Positions 1 to 10,555 of a DNA stretch of 64,000 bases are shown here, in pieces. The first letter of the stretch is position 1. Every line of letters starts with the position of its first letter. The notes beneath the pieces are model-generated. The model had not been told where the DNA came from. It did no database searches and saw only the letters and a list, made by a program, of their open reading frames with translations. Source of the stretch: Syntrophaceae bacterium (GTDB lineage Bacteria; Desulfobacterota; Syntrophia; Syntrophales; Smithellaceae); contig PLMQ01000068.1 of the NCBI GenBank assembly GCA_003142535.1, positions 95,000 through 158,999 on the forward strand, given 5' to 3'. The translations under genes were made by a program, and so were the position numbers.

Positions 1-167
1 TCGAGTTGGTGCGGTGTTTGGCCATCGCCGAGAAAGATGAGAATGAAACTGCTGTCCGGCGCTTCATGCCTTCTGACTTCGGTCAGTTGCAACGCTTCGC
101 GGTAAAAGGCAACACTTTTTTCTAAATTGAGGACATTGAAGTTATTATGGGCAAATGTGAATTGCAT
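1..167 (-). CDS. VOC/glyoxalase-family protein, N-terminal part only (gene runs off left edge)
   Basis: My own minus-strand translation from the ATG at 167-165 reads MQFTFAHNNFNVLNLEKSVAFYREALQLTEVRRHEAPDSSFILIFLGDGQTPHQLE. This is a typical lactoylglutathione-lyase-like VOC N-terminus. It is absent from the ORF track because it is truncated. Confidence 0.55.
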   Translation of the reverse strand, partial: MQFTFAHNNFNVLNLEKSVAFYREALQLTEVRRHEAPDSSFILIFLGDGQTPHQL

Positions 168-241
168 AAACTTGCTACCTCCAACTTTTTTCTTACAGCA
201 TTCTAAGATTCTTTGTATAACAGTATTAAACCCGCAATTAT

Positions 242-320
242 GTCATTCCGGCGAAAGCCGGTATCCAGAACTTATTTAATTTACTGGATTCCGTGTCGCG
301 CTTCGCTTGCACGGAATGAC
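242..320. repeat. Palindromic GTCATTCCGG-type repeat (family C), copy 1
   Basis: The outer inverted repeat is GTCATTCCG...CGGAATGAC. Inner hairpins are CCGGCgaaaGCCGG, ATCCAG...CTGGAT and CCGTG...CACGG. Related copies lie at 42812-42875 and 53513-53628. ORF 307..504 is a spurious translation of it. Confidence 0.7.
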
Positions 321-349
321 AAATAGAGGAATTTTACAACAATATCAAT

Positions 350-613
350 CTACAAAACAATCTTTACTGCCTTATGGGCTTTCAGAGCTTCATAAAGAGC
401 CGTGCGGTGAGATTCGCTTTCCACTGATAGCTCCACATTCAGGCAGTGATATTTGGCCTCTGCGCTGCTGCGGGAAGGAGAAACCTTATAGGAACGATCT
501 TTAATGATTTCTGCGACGGCAGACTTCATCTCATCGGCATCGGGCCCGATGATCTTGTAGACCCAATGGCAGGGATATTCCAAGTTAACTTTTTGTTTTT
601 CATTATCCGGCAT
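350..613 (-). CDS. DUF493 / YbeD-like small protein
   Basis: 87 aa. The YPCHWVYKIIG...VES motif pattern is typical of the UPF0250/YbeD family. Confidence 0.75.
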   Translation of the reverse strand: MPDNEKQKVNLEYPCHWVYKIIGPDADEMKSAVAEIIKDRSYKVSPSRSSAEAKYHCLNVELSVESESHRTALYEALKAHKAVKIVL

Positions 614-853
614 AGCATTCCATCCTTTCCACGCCCAGGCTATATGCCATAATCTGCCTAGCCGTCAATAAAATTCGGGTTCATCCGGTTCTTGCGTACT
701 TTCTAGTTTGCTGAGGGATTATACGGACAGCTTATTGCTCTCGCTTACATCTACAAAGTTTCAGTAGTGGGGATTCGCATAAATTGAGTATTACGGATCG
801 GAAGATAATAACGCCGAAATTAGCGGCATGTTAGCATCCGCTGAATTAGCTGG

Positions 854-1168
854 TTAGGTTTTTTCAATAAAGAAAACTAATACTTTTTCGGAAAGTTGTC
901 TGCCTCTATGCTTATGATCAGGGCCATCTGGAATGAAAATTCCGTCACCTGGTTTATAAATTATTTTTGAATTTTCATATTCAATTTCCATCTGGCCTTC
1001 GATGAGATAGCCATAGTGTCCCTTTTCACACCAATGGGATGGCATCTTTGTTAAGTACTCAACTAGACGAATACGTAAATTATTCTGATCGATATACTTG
1101 TGTCTCATCCCTTCAATTGGTGATTCCCATTCGAGTTTATCGAATTCTACCTTATACTGAACCATCAT
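854..1168 (-). CDS. Cupin domain protein
   Basis: 104 aa. A cupin_2-like core is present (GHYGYLIEGQMEIEYE...PGDGIFIPDGPDHKH). Confidence 0.65.
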   Translation of the reverse strand: MMVQYKVEFDKLEWESPIEGMRHKYIDQNNLRIRLVEYLTKMPSHWCEKGHYGYLIEGQMEIEYENSKIIYKPGDGIFIPDGPDHKHRGRQLSEKVLVFFIEKT

Positions 1169-1195
1169 CTGAACTCCAATTTTAAAGTCTAAAAA

Positions 1196-2155
1196 TTATT
1201 TAGTAAAATACATATACCACGGATACCTTGTGAATTCCGAAAATCCCATGCGCCTGTAAACCGGTGCGCCCAATTTGCTTGCCTGGAGCACCACAAACTG
1301 CGCACCTCGCCGGAATGCTTCGTTGGTGACAGCACAGACACATATCTCGGCCAGACCTTTACAGCGAGCGCTTGACACGGTTCCCACCCAATAGATACCG
1401 GCTATGGAGTGTGAAAAGGTGACCATAGCAGCGGAGACAGGATGATCTGCATCATAGGCTACCACCAGATAGTTATAAGGTCTTAGCAGCCTTTCGGGAG
1501 ATGCAAATATTTTTTCACCTATTTCTGTCGGCATGCCAAGGCTTTGATAACTTTGTATGACTACTGAAGCGAAATCGACAACACTGGATACTTTTGTAAC
1601 ATTACGAACTTCAATTCCTTTCAGCATCTTTTTATCGAAAAATGGTTTATCGATCAACATTCCCGGCGAATCGGATATCAAAAGCATCTTTTCTTGATGA
1701 CAAATGGATTCAATTTCTGCGTCCGCATGTTTTCGTATATGAATGCTGAAACCAGATTTTCTCGCACGATAAAATGACTGGATATGATCAAATACGTCGG
1801 CGCCGAAATGCCCCTCTACGTTACTCAAATACATTGCCACATTGGTGACGGGAGAATGGTCGGGGCCTTTCGTCAACACGAGATCATTTTGTTCGAATAT
1901 CTCGCTTTCTGCATTCCAGCGCGCCATCTCACGAATAAATTCTGCCAGATTAAGATCGCTGAGGTGTAGTACGTCTTCAGTATTCATAATCATCCCTAGT
2001 GGTTTATTAAAAACTCGCTGAAAAGGATATTCTCTGTTTTCCGCGATATATTTGATCGGTTTCACCATTTCGTCTTTGATTTTTGATAATACATCGCTTG
2101 TTAATAATTGAACTATAAGAATTTCGGTCTTGTATGTCAAGGAAAGCTTGGCCAC
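1196..2155 (-). CDS. GNAT-family N-acetyltransferase-like protein
   Basis: 319 aa. The C-terminal GNAT motif-A region reads SSARCKGLAEICVCAVTNEAF...VVLQASKLGAPVYRRMGFSEF. Confidence 0.55.
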   Translation of the reverse strand: MAKLSLTYKTEILIVQLLTSDVLSKIKDEMVKPIKYIAENREYPFQRVFNKPLGMIMNTEDVLHLSDLNLAEFIREMARWNAESEIFEQNDLVLTKGPDHSPVTNVAMYLSNVEGHFGADVFDHIQSFYRARKSGFSIHIRKHADAEIESICHQEKMLLISDSPGMLIDKPFFDKKMLKGIEVRNVTKVSSVVDFASVVIQSYQSLGMPTEIGEKIFASPERLLRPYNYLVVAYDADHPVSAAMVTFSHSIAGIYWVGTVSSARCKGLAEICVCAVTNEAFRRGAQFVVLQASKLGAPVYRRMGFSEFTRYPWYMYFTK

Positions 2156-2362
2156 AAAATTTTGCGGTGTCGATGCTTGTCGTCAGGATGAATTGTGTTT
2201 ATTGCGGATTGAAATACTGCATCTTCATCGAGGTTGACTATTTGTTTAGTTCAGGAAGAAAGATCACTGAAACAAGTACGCAAGAACTGGAAGAACCAAA
2301 ATTTGTGAGAGTTTGTTTAAAATATATCTTCATCCTACCACCGGAGAAGAAAAATATAAAAT

Positions 2363-2956
2363 TCAATTTTTCCGCCAGGGGAAAAACATGGGGACTCGTT
2401 TTTTATAATCAACATATTCCTGACCAAGACGCTTTGCCAATTCCGGTTCTTCCACTCTTTTTAATTCCCAATAATTAATGATAATAAAAAGCGGTGTAAA
2501 AATTAAAATCAGCGCCAATGAGTTGACCAGAATGCCCAGCCCAAACAATTGTATAAAAATTCCCGTGAGCATCGGATTGCGGGCGAATCGATAAGGGCCG
2601 TCGGTGACCAGCTTCGGCGGCGGGCTGAAAGGAACAGGTGTTCCTCTTACTTTTAAGAAATGAAAAACTGAAAAACACATGAGGATGAAGCCGGCGATAA
2701 TAACCGGTAAGCCGATGATGAGCGTCCACGGGTAACAGAATATTTTTGGTAATTGCAATATCTTATCCACAAGAAAAGACAGAAAAATGAACAGGCCAAT
2801 TAAGGCCAAATATGACAATCCGACAATCGGAGCTATAATAATTTTTATTTTCCAGTTTCCGGTAGCGACTTTGTAAATCAGCTCAATCCATTTTCCCGTT
2901 AAAGACATAAGCATCACCGGAAAATTAGTTAATTGGTAATTCGGCATGTGTTGCAA
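2363..2956 (-). CDS. Isoprenylcysteine carboxyl / phospholipid methyltransferase-family membrane protein
   Basis: 197 aa and polytopic. It carries GPYRFARNPMLTG and a C-terminal YKKRVPMFFP, typical of the ICMT/PEMT family. Confidence 0.7.
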   Translation of the reverse strand: MQHMPNYQLTNFPVMLMSLTGKWIELIYKVATGNWKIKIIIAPIVGLSYLALIGLFIFLSFLVDKILQLPKIFCYPWTLIIGLPVIIAGFILMCFSVFHFLKVRGTPVPFSPPPKLVTDGPYRFARNPMLTGIFIQLFGLGILVNSLALILIFTPLFIIINYWELKRVEEPELAKRLGQEYVDYKKRVPMFFPWRKN

Positions 2957-2995
2957 TGGGAAAACAGCTGCCTTGATTTGCTTTATGTAAATTGC

Positions 2996-3451
2996 TTATT
3001 TATTCTTTAATCTATCAGCATCAACAAGGTCCTGCGGCCGGGCGCTGGAACGTTTATTTTGCAAAAGATCGGTTTTAGAAATAAAATTTACCGGGATATT
3101 ATCAATATTCGCAATAACACGATTTTTATAACATTCTGCAAACGACACTCCATCAATTGATGTCAGTATCTCCAAACGCATCGGCGGAACTCCCATTCGG
3201 ATTACCTTTTTTTCCGTCAGAAAAATCTTTTTGTCCAATTCTGGTAGATTAAATCCAAACGCTCTCATCACATCAACTATTTTTGATGCATTAATTTCAT
3301 TTATTGAAATCCATATATCCAAATCGCCGGTTGCTCTTGGATAACCGTGGTAACCAACAGCATAACCGCCGATAACAAGGTATTCAATCTTCTTTAAGTT
3401 CAGTAACTGTAAGAACTCTTTGAAGTCTTGCGGAAACTCGATCATGGCCAA
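2996..3451 (-). CDS. Nucleotidyltransferase-fold protein (small stand-alone NTase family)
   Basis: 151 aa. The stretch KIEYLVIGGYAVGYHGYPRATGDLDIWI is the G-x-x-x...D-x-D signature of minimal NTases. Confidence 0.5.
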   Translation of the reverse strand: MAMIEFPQDFKEFLQLLNLKKIEYLVIGGYAVGYHGYPRATGDLDIWISINEINASKIVDVMRAFGFNLPELDKKIFLTEKKVIRMGVPPMRLEILTSIDGVSFAECYKNRVIANIDNIPVNFISKTDLLQNKRSSARPQDLVDADRLKNK

Positions 3452-3656
3452 ACATTGCCTTTCTCATGAACTCGATTACTTCCAACCTTTCCAGTGGACT
3501 ACGATCATGAAAGTAACCGCTATCATCGGCCTCATGTAAATTGACTATTTCAATAATATTCTTTTTAATTTTTGCTTCGATCATTTTATTCTGGTATCCG
3601 AATTTTATTTTCTTGTCGTTCTTTCTAAATTCTAACACATCTAGAAAGAAAAACAA
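3384..3656 (-). CDS. Hypothetical small protein overlapping the NTase gene start (possible partner or frameshifted N-terminus)
   Basis: 90-aa ORF whose 3' end overlaps 2996..3451 by 68 nt. I recognise no motif in it. Confidence 0.3.
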   Translation of the reverse strand: MFFFLDVLEFRKNDKKIKFGYQNKMIEAKIKKNIIEIVNLHEADDSGYFHDRSPLERLEVIEFMRKAMFGHDRVSARLQRVLTVTELKED

Positions 3657-3755
3657 TGCTTAATGTCCCGTATGGCTGGTCATTGGTTGTGCTTGAAAGT
3701 CCGTACGTTATGTGATAGTGCACTGCAACGAATAACATACCATACCGCCTTCATA

Positions 3756-3860
3756 CGGCTACCTTTGTTAGCAGCGTCGTCGGCTTCCTCAACGTATCAG
3801 TAAATATGCCTGCGGAGCCTCCTCCTTGCCGCCTCGGTATCCTGATGAAATCGGCATGGT
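3756..3860. repeat. Dispersed ~105-nt repeat (family B2), copy 1, just upstream of ileS
   Basis: It aligns almost end to end with 42416-42519 (CGGCTAnCTTTrTTrGCwGCGTCGTCGGCwTCCTCAACGTAT...GCCGCCTCGkTATCCT..GAAATCG..ATGGT). Confidence 0.75.
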
Positions 3861-3914
3861 GTAGAGTTGTATAAAATTTTACGCTAATAATTTAATATTT
3901 TACAGGAGCAACAA

Positions 3915-6704
3915 ATGGATTACAAAAGCACTTTGAATCTTCCCCAAACAGATTTTCCGATGAAAGCGAATCTGGCCCAGCGTGAGCCGGAAATGTTAAA
4001 AAAATGGGAAGAAATGGGCATTTATGAAAAAATCAGACAGACAGCCAAAGGAAGAAAACCCTATATTCTGCATGACGGCCCTCCTTATGCCAATGGAAGT
4101 ATTCATTTAGGAACGGCGCTCAATAAAATTCTCAAGGATTTAGTGATTAAGGCTAAGAACATGATGGGCTTTGACGGAGTTTATGTGCCGGGCTGGGATT
4201 GCCACGGCCTGCCGATCGAACATCAGGTGGATAAGGAATTAGGCGATAAAAAAAGCAAAATGTCGCAAGCCGACAAGCGCCGTGCCTGCCGCGTTTATGC
4301 CGAAAAATATGTCGGTATCCAGCGCGAACAGTTCAAAAGGCTGGGCGTTTTTGGTGAGTGGGAAAATCCTTATTTAACAATGGCCTATCCTTATGAAGCG
4401 GCGACTGTCGCGGAATTCGGCAAGCTCTATCTCAACGGCAGCATTTACAAGGGCAAGAAGCCCGTTTACTGGTGCGCGACTTGTAAAACCGCGCTGGCCG
4501 AGGCGGAAGTGGAATATGCCGATCACCATACGCCTTCGATTTATGTCAAATTCGCTGTCACTTCCGATATCGCCAAAGTTCTACCGCAACTTCAGGGGCA
4601 GAAAGTCAGCGCTGTCATCTGGACAACCACTCCCTGGACAATTCCCGCCAATCTGGCGATTGCGTATAAAGATGATTTCATTTACGTCGCCGTCAAGATT
4701 GATGAGGAAGTGCTGATTCTCGCCAAAGATATGCTTGATTACTGTCTGGATGCTTTCGGTTTCCGCAAGAAAAATTATGAAATTCTTGCCGAATTCAAAG
4801 GCGCTGTTCTGGAAGGTCAGAAGTGCGTTCATCCGCTGGTCAAAAGAGACAGCGTTCTGATTCTGGCTCCTTTCGTTACGTTGGAGGCTGGAACAGGCGC
4901 CGTGCACATTGCTCCCGGCCACGGTCAGGAAGACTATGAAATCGGTTTGGTATATGGACTCGATAATTACGCGCCGGTTGATGATGCCGGAAAGTTCACT
5001 GAAGATGTCGAACATTTCGCCGGACAGTTTGTTTTCGATGCCAATGAAAACGTCATCAAGAAGTTGGAGGAAGTGGGCGCTCTAATGGGGCACGTGCCGA
5101 TGCAGCATTCTTATCCGCATTGCTGGCGCTGTAAAAACCCGATTATTTTCCGTTCGACGGAACAGTGGTTCATCTCAATGGAGAAAAACGATTTGCGCAA
5201 GAAAGCGCTGAGCTGCATTGATCAGGTGCAGTGGATTCCCTCCTGGGGGCATGACCGTATTTACGGTATGGTGGAAAACCGCCCGGACTGGTGCATTTCG
5301 CGGCAGCGCTTGTGGGGCGTTCCCATTACCGTATTTTATTGCGCCAAATGCAAAAAAGAATTACTGACCAAAGAAATGCTGGATTATCTGGTGGGTCTGG
5401 TTGAAAAAAGCGGCGCAGATATCTGGTTTGAAAAAGAGGCCAAAGATTTAATGCCCAAAGGCACAAGCTGTCCGCACTGTAAAAACAAGGAATTTACTAA
5501 AGAAGTAAATATTCTGGATGTCTGGTTTGATTCGGGCGTAAGTCATGCGGCAGTATTGGAAAAACGCCCAAATTTAAGTTCGCCTGCCGATATGTATCTG
5601 GAAGGCTCTGATCAGCACCGCGGCTGGTTCCATTCCTCGCTTTTGGAATCCGTCGGCACGCGGGGTCGTGCGCCTTACTTAAGCGTGCTGACACATGGAT
5701 TTGTTGTGGACGGCGAAGGCAAAAAAATGTCCAAGTCTGTGGGCAACACCATTGAGCCGCAGGAAGTAATTGATAAATACGGAGCCGAAATTCTGCGGCT
5801 CTGGGTAGCAGCCGAAGATTATACCGACGATATCCGAATATCCGATGAAATTCTCAAACGGTTGGTAGAAGCCTATCGCCGGATTCGCAATACCAGCCGC
5901 TTTATTCTGGGTAATCTTTACGATTTCGATTTTAATTTCGCGATGGTTGACTACGCGCAAATGGAAGAAATGGACAAATGGGCGCTGCACCGTCTGCAGG
6001 AAGTAATCAAACGCGTGACCGAAGCTTATGAAAAACATCAGTTCCATGTCGTTTTCTATACGCTTTATAATTACTGTTCGGTGGATTTAAGCGCGCAGTA
6101 TCTGGATATTTTAAAAGACCGGCTCTATACGAATAAGGCGGATTCAGTGGCACGCCGTTCCGGCCAGAGCGCCATGTTCACGATTTTAAAGGCGATGACC
6201 AGCCTCTTGGCCCCTATTCTTACTTTTACCGCCGAAGAAGTCTGGGCTGCCTTGCCCGCCTGGAAAGGTAAAGAAGCCAGTGTTCATATGGCACAGTTTT
6301 CCCAAGTAAATGATCAATATTTTGATGCTGACTTGGGTGAGCGCTGGAAGGCGATGCTGGAAGCCAAAGCGGAAATTGCCAAAGCGATTGAACAGGCCAG
6401 GAAAGATAAGGTCATCGGTCATTCTTTAGATGCTTGCGTCAGCTTAGCGCCGACGGAAAAAATGCGGGGATTTTTGCAGAGCCACCTGGAAGACCTGCGG
6501 GCATTACTGATTGTTTCGCAATTGCAGTTAGTGGCGGAAAAAGAGATTGCCAACCCTTACAAGAGTGAGGAAATCAAGGGATTAACTGTCGGCGTGGCAA
6601 AGGCCAAAGGCGTTAAATGCGAGCGCTGCTGGATTTATTCGGAATCGGTAGGCGCGAATAGCGTGCATCCGACTGTTTGCGAACGCTGTGTGACTAACCT
6701 GTAA
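3915..6704 (+). CDS. ileS: Isoleucyl-tRNA synthetase
   Basis: 929 aa. Class I aaRS motifs are present ([16 protein letters not shown]), with a C-terminal Zn-ribbon (CERC...CERC). Full-length IleRS-like sequence. Confidence 0.98.
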   Translation: MDYKSTLNLPQTDFPMKANLAQREPEMLKKWEEMGIYEKIRQTAKGRKPYILHDGPPYANGSIHLGTALNKILKDLVIKAKNMMGFDGVYVPGWDCHGLPIEHQVDKELGDKKSKMSQADKRRACRVYAEKYVGIQREQFKRLGVFGEWENPYLTMAYPYEAATVAEFGKLYLNGSIYKGKKPVYWCATCKTALAEAEVEYADHHTPSIYVKFAVTSDIAKVLPQLQGQKVSAVIWTTTPWTIPANLAIAYKDDFIYVAVKIDEEVLILAKDMLDYCLDAFGFRKKNYEILAEFKGAVLEGQKCVHPLVKRDSVLILAPFVTLEAGTGAVHIAPGHGQEDYEIGLVYGLDNYAPVDDAGKFTEDVEHFAGQFVFDANENVIKKLEEVGALMGHVPMQHSYPHCWRCKNPIIFRSTEQWFISMEKNDLRKKALSCIDQVQWIPSWGHDRIYGMVENRPDWCISRQRLWGVPITVFYCAKCKKELLTKEMLDYLVGLVEKSGADIWFEKEAKDLMPKGTSCPHCKNKEFTKEVNILDVWFDSGVSHAAVLEKRPNLSSPADMYLEGSDQHRGWFHSSLLESVGTRGRAPYLSVLTHGFVVDGEGKKMSKSVGNTIEPQEVIDKYGAEILRLWVAAEDYTDDIRISDEILKRLVEAYRRIRNTSRFILGNLYDFDFNFAMVDYAQMEEMDKWALHRLQEVIKRVTEAYEKHQFHVVFYTLYNYCSVDLSAQYLDILKDRLYTNKADSVARRSGQSAMFTILKAMTSLLAPILTFTAEEVWAALPAWKGKEASVHMAQFSQVNDQYFDADLGERWKAMLEAKAEIAKAIEQARKDKVIGHSLDACVSLAPTEKMRGFLQSHLEDLRALLIVSQLQLVAEKEIANPYKSEEIKGLTVGVAKAKGVKCERCWIYSESVGANSVHPTVCERCVTNL

Positions 6705-6723
6705 AATAGCTCTGGAGATTATT

Positions 6724-7215
6724 GTGAAGAGAAATATTATTATCTTTATCCTAGGCGCGGCTGTGATTATCGTGCTCGATCAAATAACAAAAGCCGCTAT
6801 TGCCGCCCATTTTTCCCTGCATGAATCTTATGCCATTATCGATGGTTTCTTTAATCTCGTTTATGTAATGAATCCCGGCGCGGCTTTCGGTTTTCTGGCG
6901 GGAGCTTCCGCGACGTTTCGTTATATTTTCTTTATTGGCATTACTGTTCTGGCTCTTGTATTAATTATTTTTTATCTCCTCAAAAGCAAACCGCATAATA
7001 TACTAATTGTTTTGTCTCTGACGATGATCTTTGCCGGTGCTGTGGGGAACCTGATTGACCGGATTCGCTTCGGGTCAGTGGTGGACTTTCTCGATGTCTA
7101 TGTCGGCACCTGGCATTGGCCGGCCTTCAATGTTGCAGATTCGGCTATCTCCATAGGCGCTGCATTGATGATCTGGGAAATGATAGTAAACCGCAAAAAG
7201 GGAAATGCTTCTTGA
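6724..7215 (+). CDS. lspA: Lipoprotein signal peptidase (signal peptidase II)
   Basis: 163 aa with 4 TM segments. Motifs NPGAAFGF and FNVADSAI are present. GTG start with a GGAG RBS. Located directly after ileS. Confidence 0.9.
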   Translation: MKRNIIIFILGAAVIIVLDQITKAAIAAHFSLHESYAIIDGFFNLVYVMNPGAAFGFLAGASATFRYIFFIGITVLALVLIIFYLLKSKPHNILIVLSLTMIFAGAVGNLIDRIRFGSVVDFLDVYVGTWHWPAFNVADSAISIGAALMIWEMIVNRKKGNAS

Positions 7216-7264
7216 GATATATTTTCATTCGCCGGTTGAGGGAAATATACTGTTTGAGTAAAAT

Positions 7265-8296
7265 ATGAAATATTTTAATTTCGGCAACACAGGCATGAAT
7301 GTATCGGAAGTGGGATTTGGCTGCATTCCCATCATTCGTCTGCAGGCTAGTGAGGCGGTGAAGGTCTTACGTCATGCCTATGATAAGGGTATCAACTTTT
7401 ATGATACTGCCAATATGTACCGCGACAGTGAAGCCAAGATTGGCGAGGCTTTATCTCCTTTCCGGGACAAAATATTCATTGCATCTAAAACCACGAGGCG
7501 CGATGCCGCGGGATTGCGTGAAAATCTGGAAAACAGCCTGAGAATGCTCAAGACCGATTATCTTGATCTTTATCAATTCCATCAAGTTGCTAACGATACT
7601 GAATGGGAAAAGATTACTAGAGAAGGTGGCGCCTGGGAAGAAGCACAGAAAGCTAAAGAAGAGGGGAAGATCAGATTCCTCGGCGTTTCTTCGCACAATT
7701 TGCCAATGGCGATTAAGCTGGTGAAAACAGGATTGTTCAGCACTATTCAGTTTGCCTTCAATTTCATTGAGACCGATGCACAAGAACAACTGCATCCTTA
7801 TGCCCGGGAAAATGGAATCGGAATATTGATTATGAAACCATTCGCTGGCGGAGTGATTGATAATGCCGCAATTGCCTTCAAGTATCTGCGGCAGTCCCCC
7901 AGTATTCTGCCAATTCCCGGTTATGATTCCACAAAATCCGTAGATGAGATTGTATCTTTTTATGATCATCCCAACACAGTTACCGAAGATGATAAAAGGA
8001 TCATGGAGCGGTACCGCCGGGAATTGGGGGAAGTATTCTGCCGTCGTTGTGAATACTGCCAACCCTGTCCTAACGGTGTTATTATTACTCCGGCAATGGG
8101 TTATCCCATAGTTACCAGCCGCATGTCCCCCAGTGTTTCCGTCAATTTTTTGAAGATAGCAATGGAATCCGTGCCTAAATGCACGGAATGCGGACTCTGT
8201 GTGGAAAAATGTCCGTATGAATTGCCTATCCCGGAATTGCTAAAAAAGCATTATGATATGTATGAAACACACCGAGCTAAGTTGAGTCTAAAGTAA
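7265..8296 (+). CDS. Aldo/keto reductase with C-terminal 4Fe-4S ferredoxin-like domain
   Basis: 343 aa. The AKR N-terminus reads GFGCIPI...INFYDTANMY. The C-terminus carries CRRCEYCQPCP and CTECGLCVEKCP. Confidence 0.8.
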   Translation: MKYFNFGNTGMNVSEVGFGCIPIIRLQASEAVKVLRHAYDKGINFYDTANMYRDSEAKIGEALSPFRDKIFIASKTTRRDAAGLRENLENSLRMLKTDYLDLYQFHQVANDTEWEKITREGGAWEEAQKAKEEGKIRFLGVSSHNLPMAIKLVKTGLFSTIQFAFNFIETDAQEQLHPYARENGIGILIMKPFAGGVIDNAAIAFKYLRQSPSILPIPGYDSTKSVDEIVSFYDHPNTVTEDDKRIMERYRRELGEVFCRRCEYCQPCPNGVIITPAMGYPIVTSRMSPSVSVNFLKIAMESVPKCTECGLCVEKCPYELPIPELLKKHYDMYETHRAKLSLK

Positions 8297-8305
8297 AGTT
8301 AAATA

Positions 8306-8339
8306 AGCCCCGAGAGAAATTATCAATCGGGGCTTTTTG
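8306..8339. terminator. Bidirectional intrinsic terminator between convergent genes
   Basis: Stem AGCCCCGA / TCGGGGCT followed by TTTTT, lying between the stop at 8296 (+) and the stop at 8362 (-). Confidence 0.7.
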
Positions 8340-8361
8340 ATAAATACTATTCGATAAAATT

Positions 8362-9708
8362 CTAGAAGGTCAGCGTCAGTTTGTTAGTTACGATAAAGTC
8401 ATTAACGACCCCATTATTGTTGTTGGCTCCTTTGAAGTAATCACCTGTCCAGAGATAACCTAATCCGAGCATGTAACTCAAATTGTTGGTAATTTTGTAG
8501 GTTCCGACCAAATCAGCTTCCCAGCCGTAGGAACCGCCGACATAACCGGCTGGCTTTTTATCCGCTGTAGCATATGTCAGCGAAGCCATAACATCCAACT
8601 GTGCAATTGGTCTTACACCTATTCTGCCTTGATATAGTAAACCATTGGCAAAGGAAGACCCGAAACCATTAGTTGTTCCGACAGCCGTACTCGTAATTGC
8701 GCCGATCCAATAGCTGCGATCCCAGTTCCACATAAGCAAAGTGGGGCTCCAATCGCGGCCGCCGTTAAGAGTGCCGCCTTCTTGTGTATCCGAAGTAGTG
8801 GGATCATCACCGGAAACATAAGCTATGCTGCCCCCAAAATAGACAGGACTAAAAGTTGCGGTGGCGTCAACCCAGCCGGAGAAATTCTGCATTTTTACAT
8901 CACTGCCGAACGATGCGTCATCGTATACTTTTAGTTTACCGGTAGCATAGTTCAATTCCGCCTGGAGATCCACCGGTCCGATTTTGGCAACAGCGTAAGG
9001 CGTGAAAACATAATATGTCTTTTGATAATTATTTGGCGCCGGTCTGGTGTCCGCGTAACGATAGTAGTTTATGTTTAGGCCTGCTTTACCGTCTTTCCAG
9101 GTGAAAATTCCTTCAATACCATATTTGTCCTGATCCGCGTCACTCCAGGTAGCGGTGGTATTGGTGCCTTGTTGATTATAACTTGTGTCTTTCACTTTTG
9201 TATAAGCAAGATTAAGTGTTACCGGACTGATGGTATAAGAATATTTTATCCGGCCGGCAGGAGCATAACTGTTCCCGAATACCGTGCCGGTAGCTCCATC
9301 ATTCATGATACCAACAGCGAAAGCACCGATAGGCGAAGCATAATTAATATATGCCCAGTCAAAAGCGATATTTTCGTTTTCCGCCTGAGTTCCGTAAGAA
9401 TCAACGGCCAGAGTGATGCCGGGTGAAGTTCTGGGGCCATCCCAGACTCTTTCCAGGGCATCAACACGGGTAATTAAAGATAACCCGGGAGATACGACAA
9501 AATCAGTCTGCACGCGCAGTCTCTGATAGAAAAAGGCTGTGTTGAAGCCTTTTTCCGCCGACCCCGGATCTTTACTTAAGCCTATTTTATCCAGATAGGC
9601 ACCGGCAACATATAATTCGCCGCTGAATTTTACATCGACCGCTAAAGCCGATGTGCTGAAGACTGTCAAAATACCCAGCAAAAACAAAACCAACCATAAT
9701 CTCTTCAT
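8362..9708 (-). CDS. Putative outer-membrane beta-barrel porin
   Basis: 448 aa with a signal peptide (LGILTVFSTSALA). It shows an alternating aromatic/Gly-rich beta-strand pattern and a C-terminal KLTLTF ending in Phe. Confidence 0.6.
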   Translation of the reverse strand: MKRLWLVLFLLGILTVFSTSALAVDVKFSGELYVAGAYLDKIGLSKDPGSAEKGFNTAFFYQRLRVQTDFVVSPGLSLITRVDALERVWDGPRTSPGITLAVDSYGTQAENENIAFDWAYINYASPIGAFAVGIMNDGATGTVFGNSYAPAGRIKYSYTISPVTLNLAYTKVKDTSYNQQGTNTTATWSDADQDKYGIEGIFTWKDGKAGLNINYYRYADTRPAPNNYQKTYYVFTPYAVAKIGPVDLQAELNYATGKLKVYDDASFGSDVKMQNFSGWVDATATFSPVYFGGSIAYVSGDDPTTSDTQEGGTLNGGRDWSPTLLMWNWDRSYWIGAITSTAVGTTNGFGSSFANGLLYQGRIGVRPIAQLDVMASLTYATADKKPAGYVGGSYGWEADLVGTYKITNNLSYMLGLGYLWTGDYFKGANNNNGVVNDFIVTNKLTLTF

Positions 9709-10264
9709 TTTCTTTTTCCTCCTAAAAATATCGTTTTAAATTACGGCCCAAAAACGGGCATTTTCAGGCCACTCCACGTCAAGTTTCGTAAAACCGTAGG
9801 GAATATATAAGTTAAATGTTACAGTGTGATTACAGATCAATTAAGATATTAAAAAATAAACCAACCGAACTGAACAGTTTGCACGCCATTCTCATCTGTG
9901 ACGACAGCTTCCAGATATATAATGCCAATTTTTGTCTACCTCATTTTTATTTTCTCCTAAATATCTGATAATTTAACCATTTGAATTATGGATAATTTTT
10001 TACGACTATCGGTCACTAGCATATGAGAATAATCTTGTAAAGAAATATGTAGGGTAATTAGTAATAATTAGTAATAATTTAAGATATAGAGGATAAATTA
10101 ATCCCAAGAGGAACCGGATAAAGGCAATATTAAGACCTGACGAGTCTTTGTAATTTAAGATTTTTTAATTGAGATTATGAACGAAAATAAAATGTGAAGA
10201 AACTCAACCTGTTATCAATATTAGTTCAGGTATTTTGTCTTGAAATAAATCTAATGGTAAGCCG

Positions 10265-10555
10265 TTATATTTTTACGTCTCTTAATCTTTCCAGTTCTTC
10301 TTTGTAGCGTTCGGCTTGGGCTTTAACCAGCTCTATTTCTTCTTTAGCCTTTTCTAATTTTTCATCCTGCCGGTGTCTTTCTTCGCGAATTTTATCCTGG
10401 ATTTCATCAATGCCAACATATACGGCCAAGGCTCCGCCCAAGAGTAAACTGATCGGAAAGGCTCCTTTTAAAATCGTCATAAAATCCACCCACCAGAATA
10501 TCAGGCTGATCAGACCGAGAACTGCGACAATGACTCCTCCAATTAGCAAAGACAT
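10265..10555 (-). CDS. Small membrane protein with charged coiled-coil tail
   Basis: 96 aa with two N-terminal TM helices followed by an EERHRQDEKLEKAKEEIELVKAQAERYKEELERL tail. I recognise no family. Confidence 0.4.
   Translation of the reverse strand: MSLLIGGVIVAVLGLISLIFWWVDFMTILKGAFPISLLLGGALAVYVGIDEIQDKIREERHRQDEKLEKAKEEIELVKAQAERYKEELERLRDVKI

Noticed and set aside
307-504. ORF 307..504 (+) and ORF 446..652 (+).
   Set aside because: The first starts inside the family-C palindrome (an HGMT-type repeat peptide). Both run antisense to the well-supported DUF493 gene.
3661-3914. A T-box or other ileS-specific leader upstream of ileS.
   Set aside because: The structured part is a dispersed repeat with a near-identical copy at 42416-42519 in an unrelated context. 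I found no specifier or T-box motif.
10054-10080. A tandem GTAATAATTA x2.5 in the 550-bp non-coding region upstream of the porin gene.
   Set aside because: It is a short low-complexity AT repeat in an AT-rich promoter region, with no further structure to support a feature.
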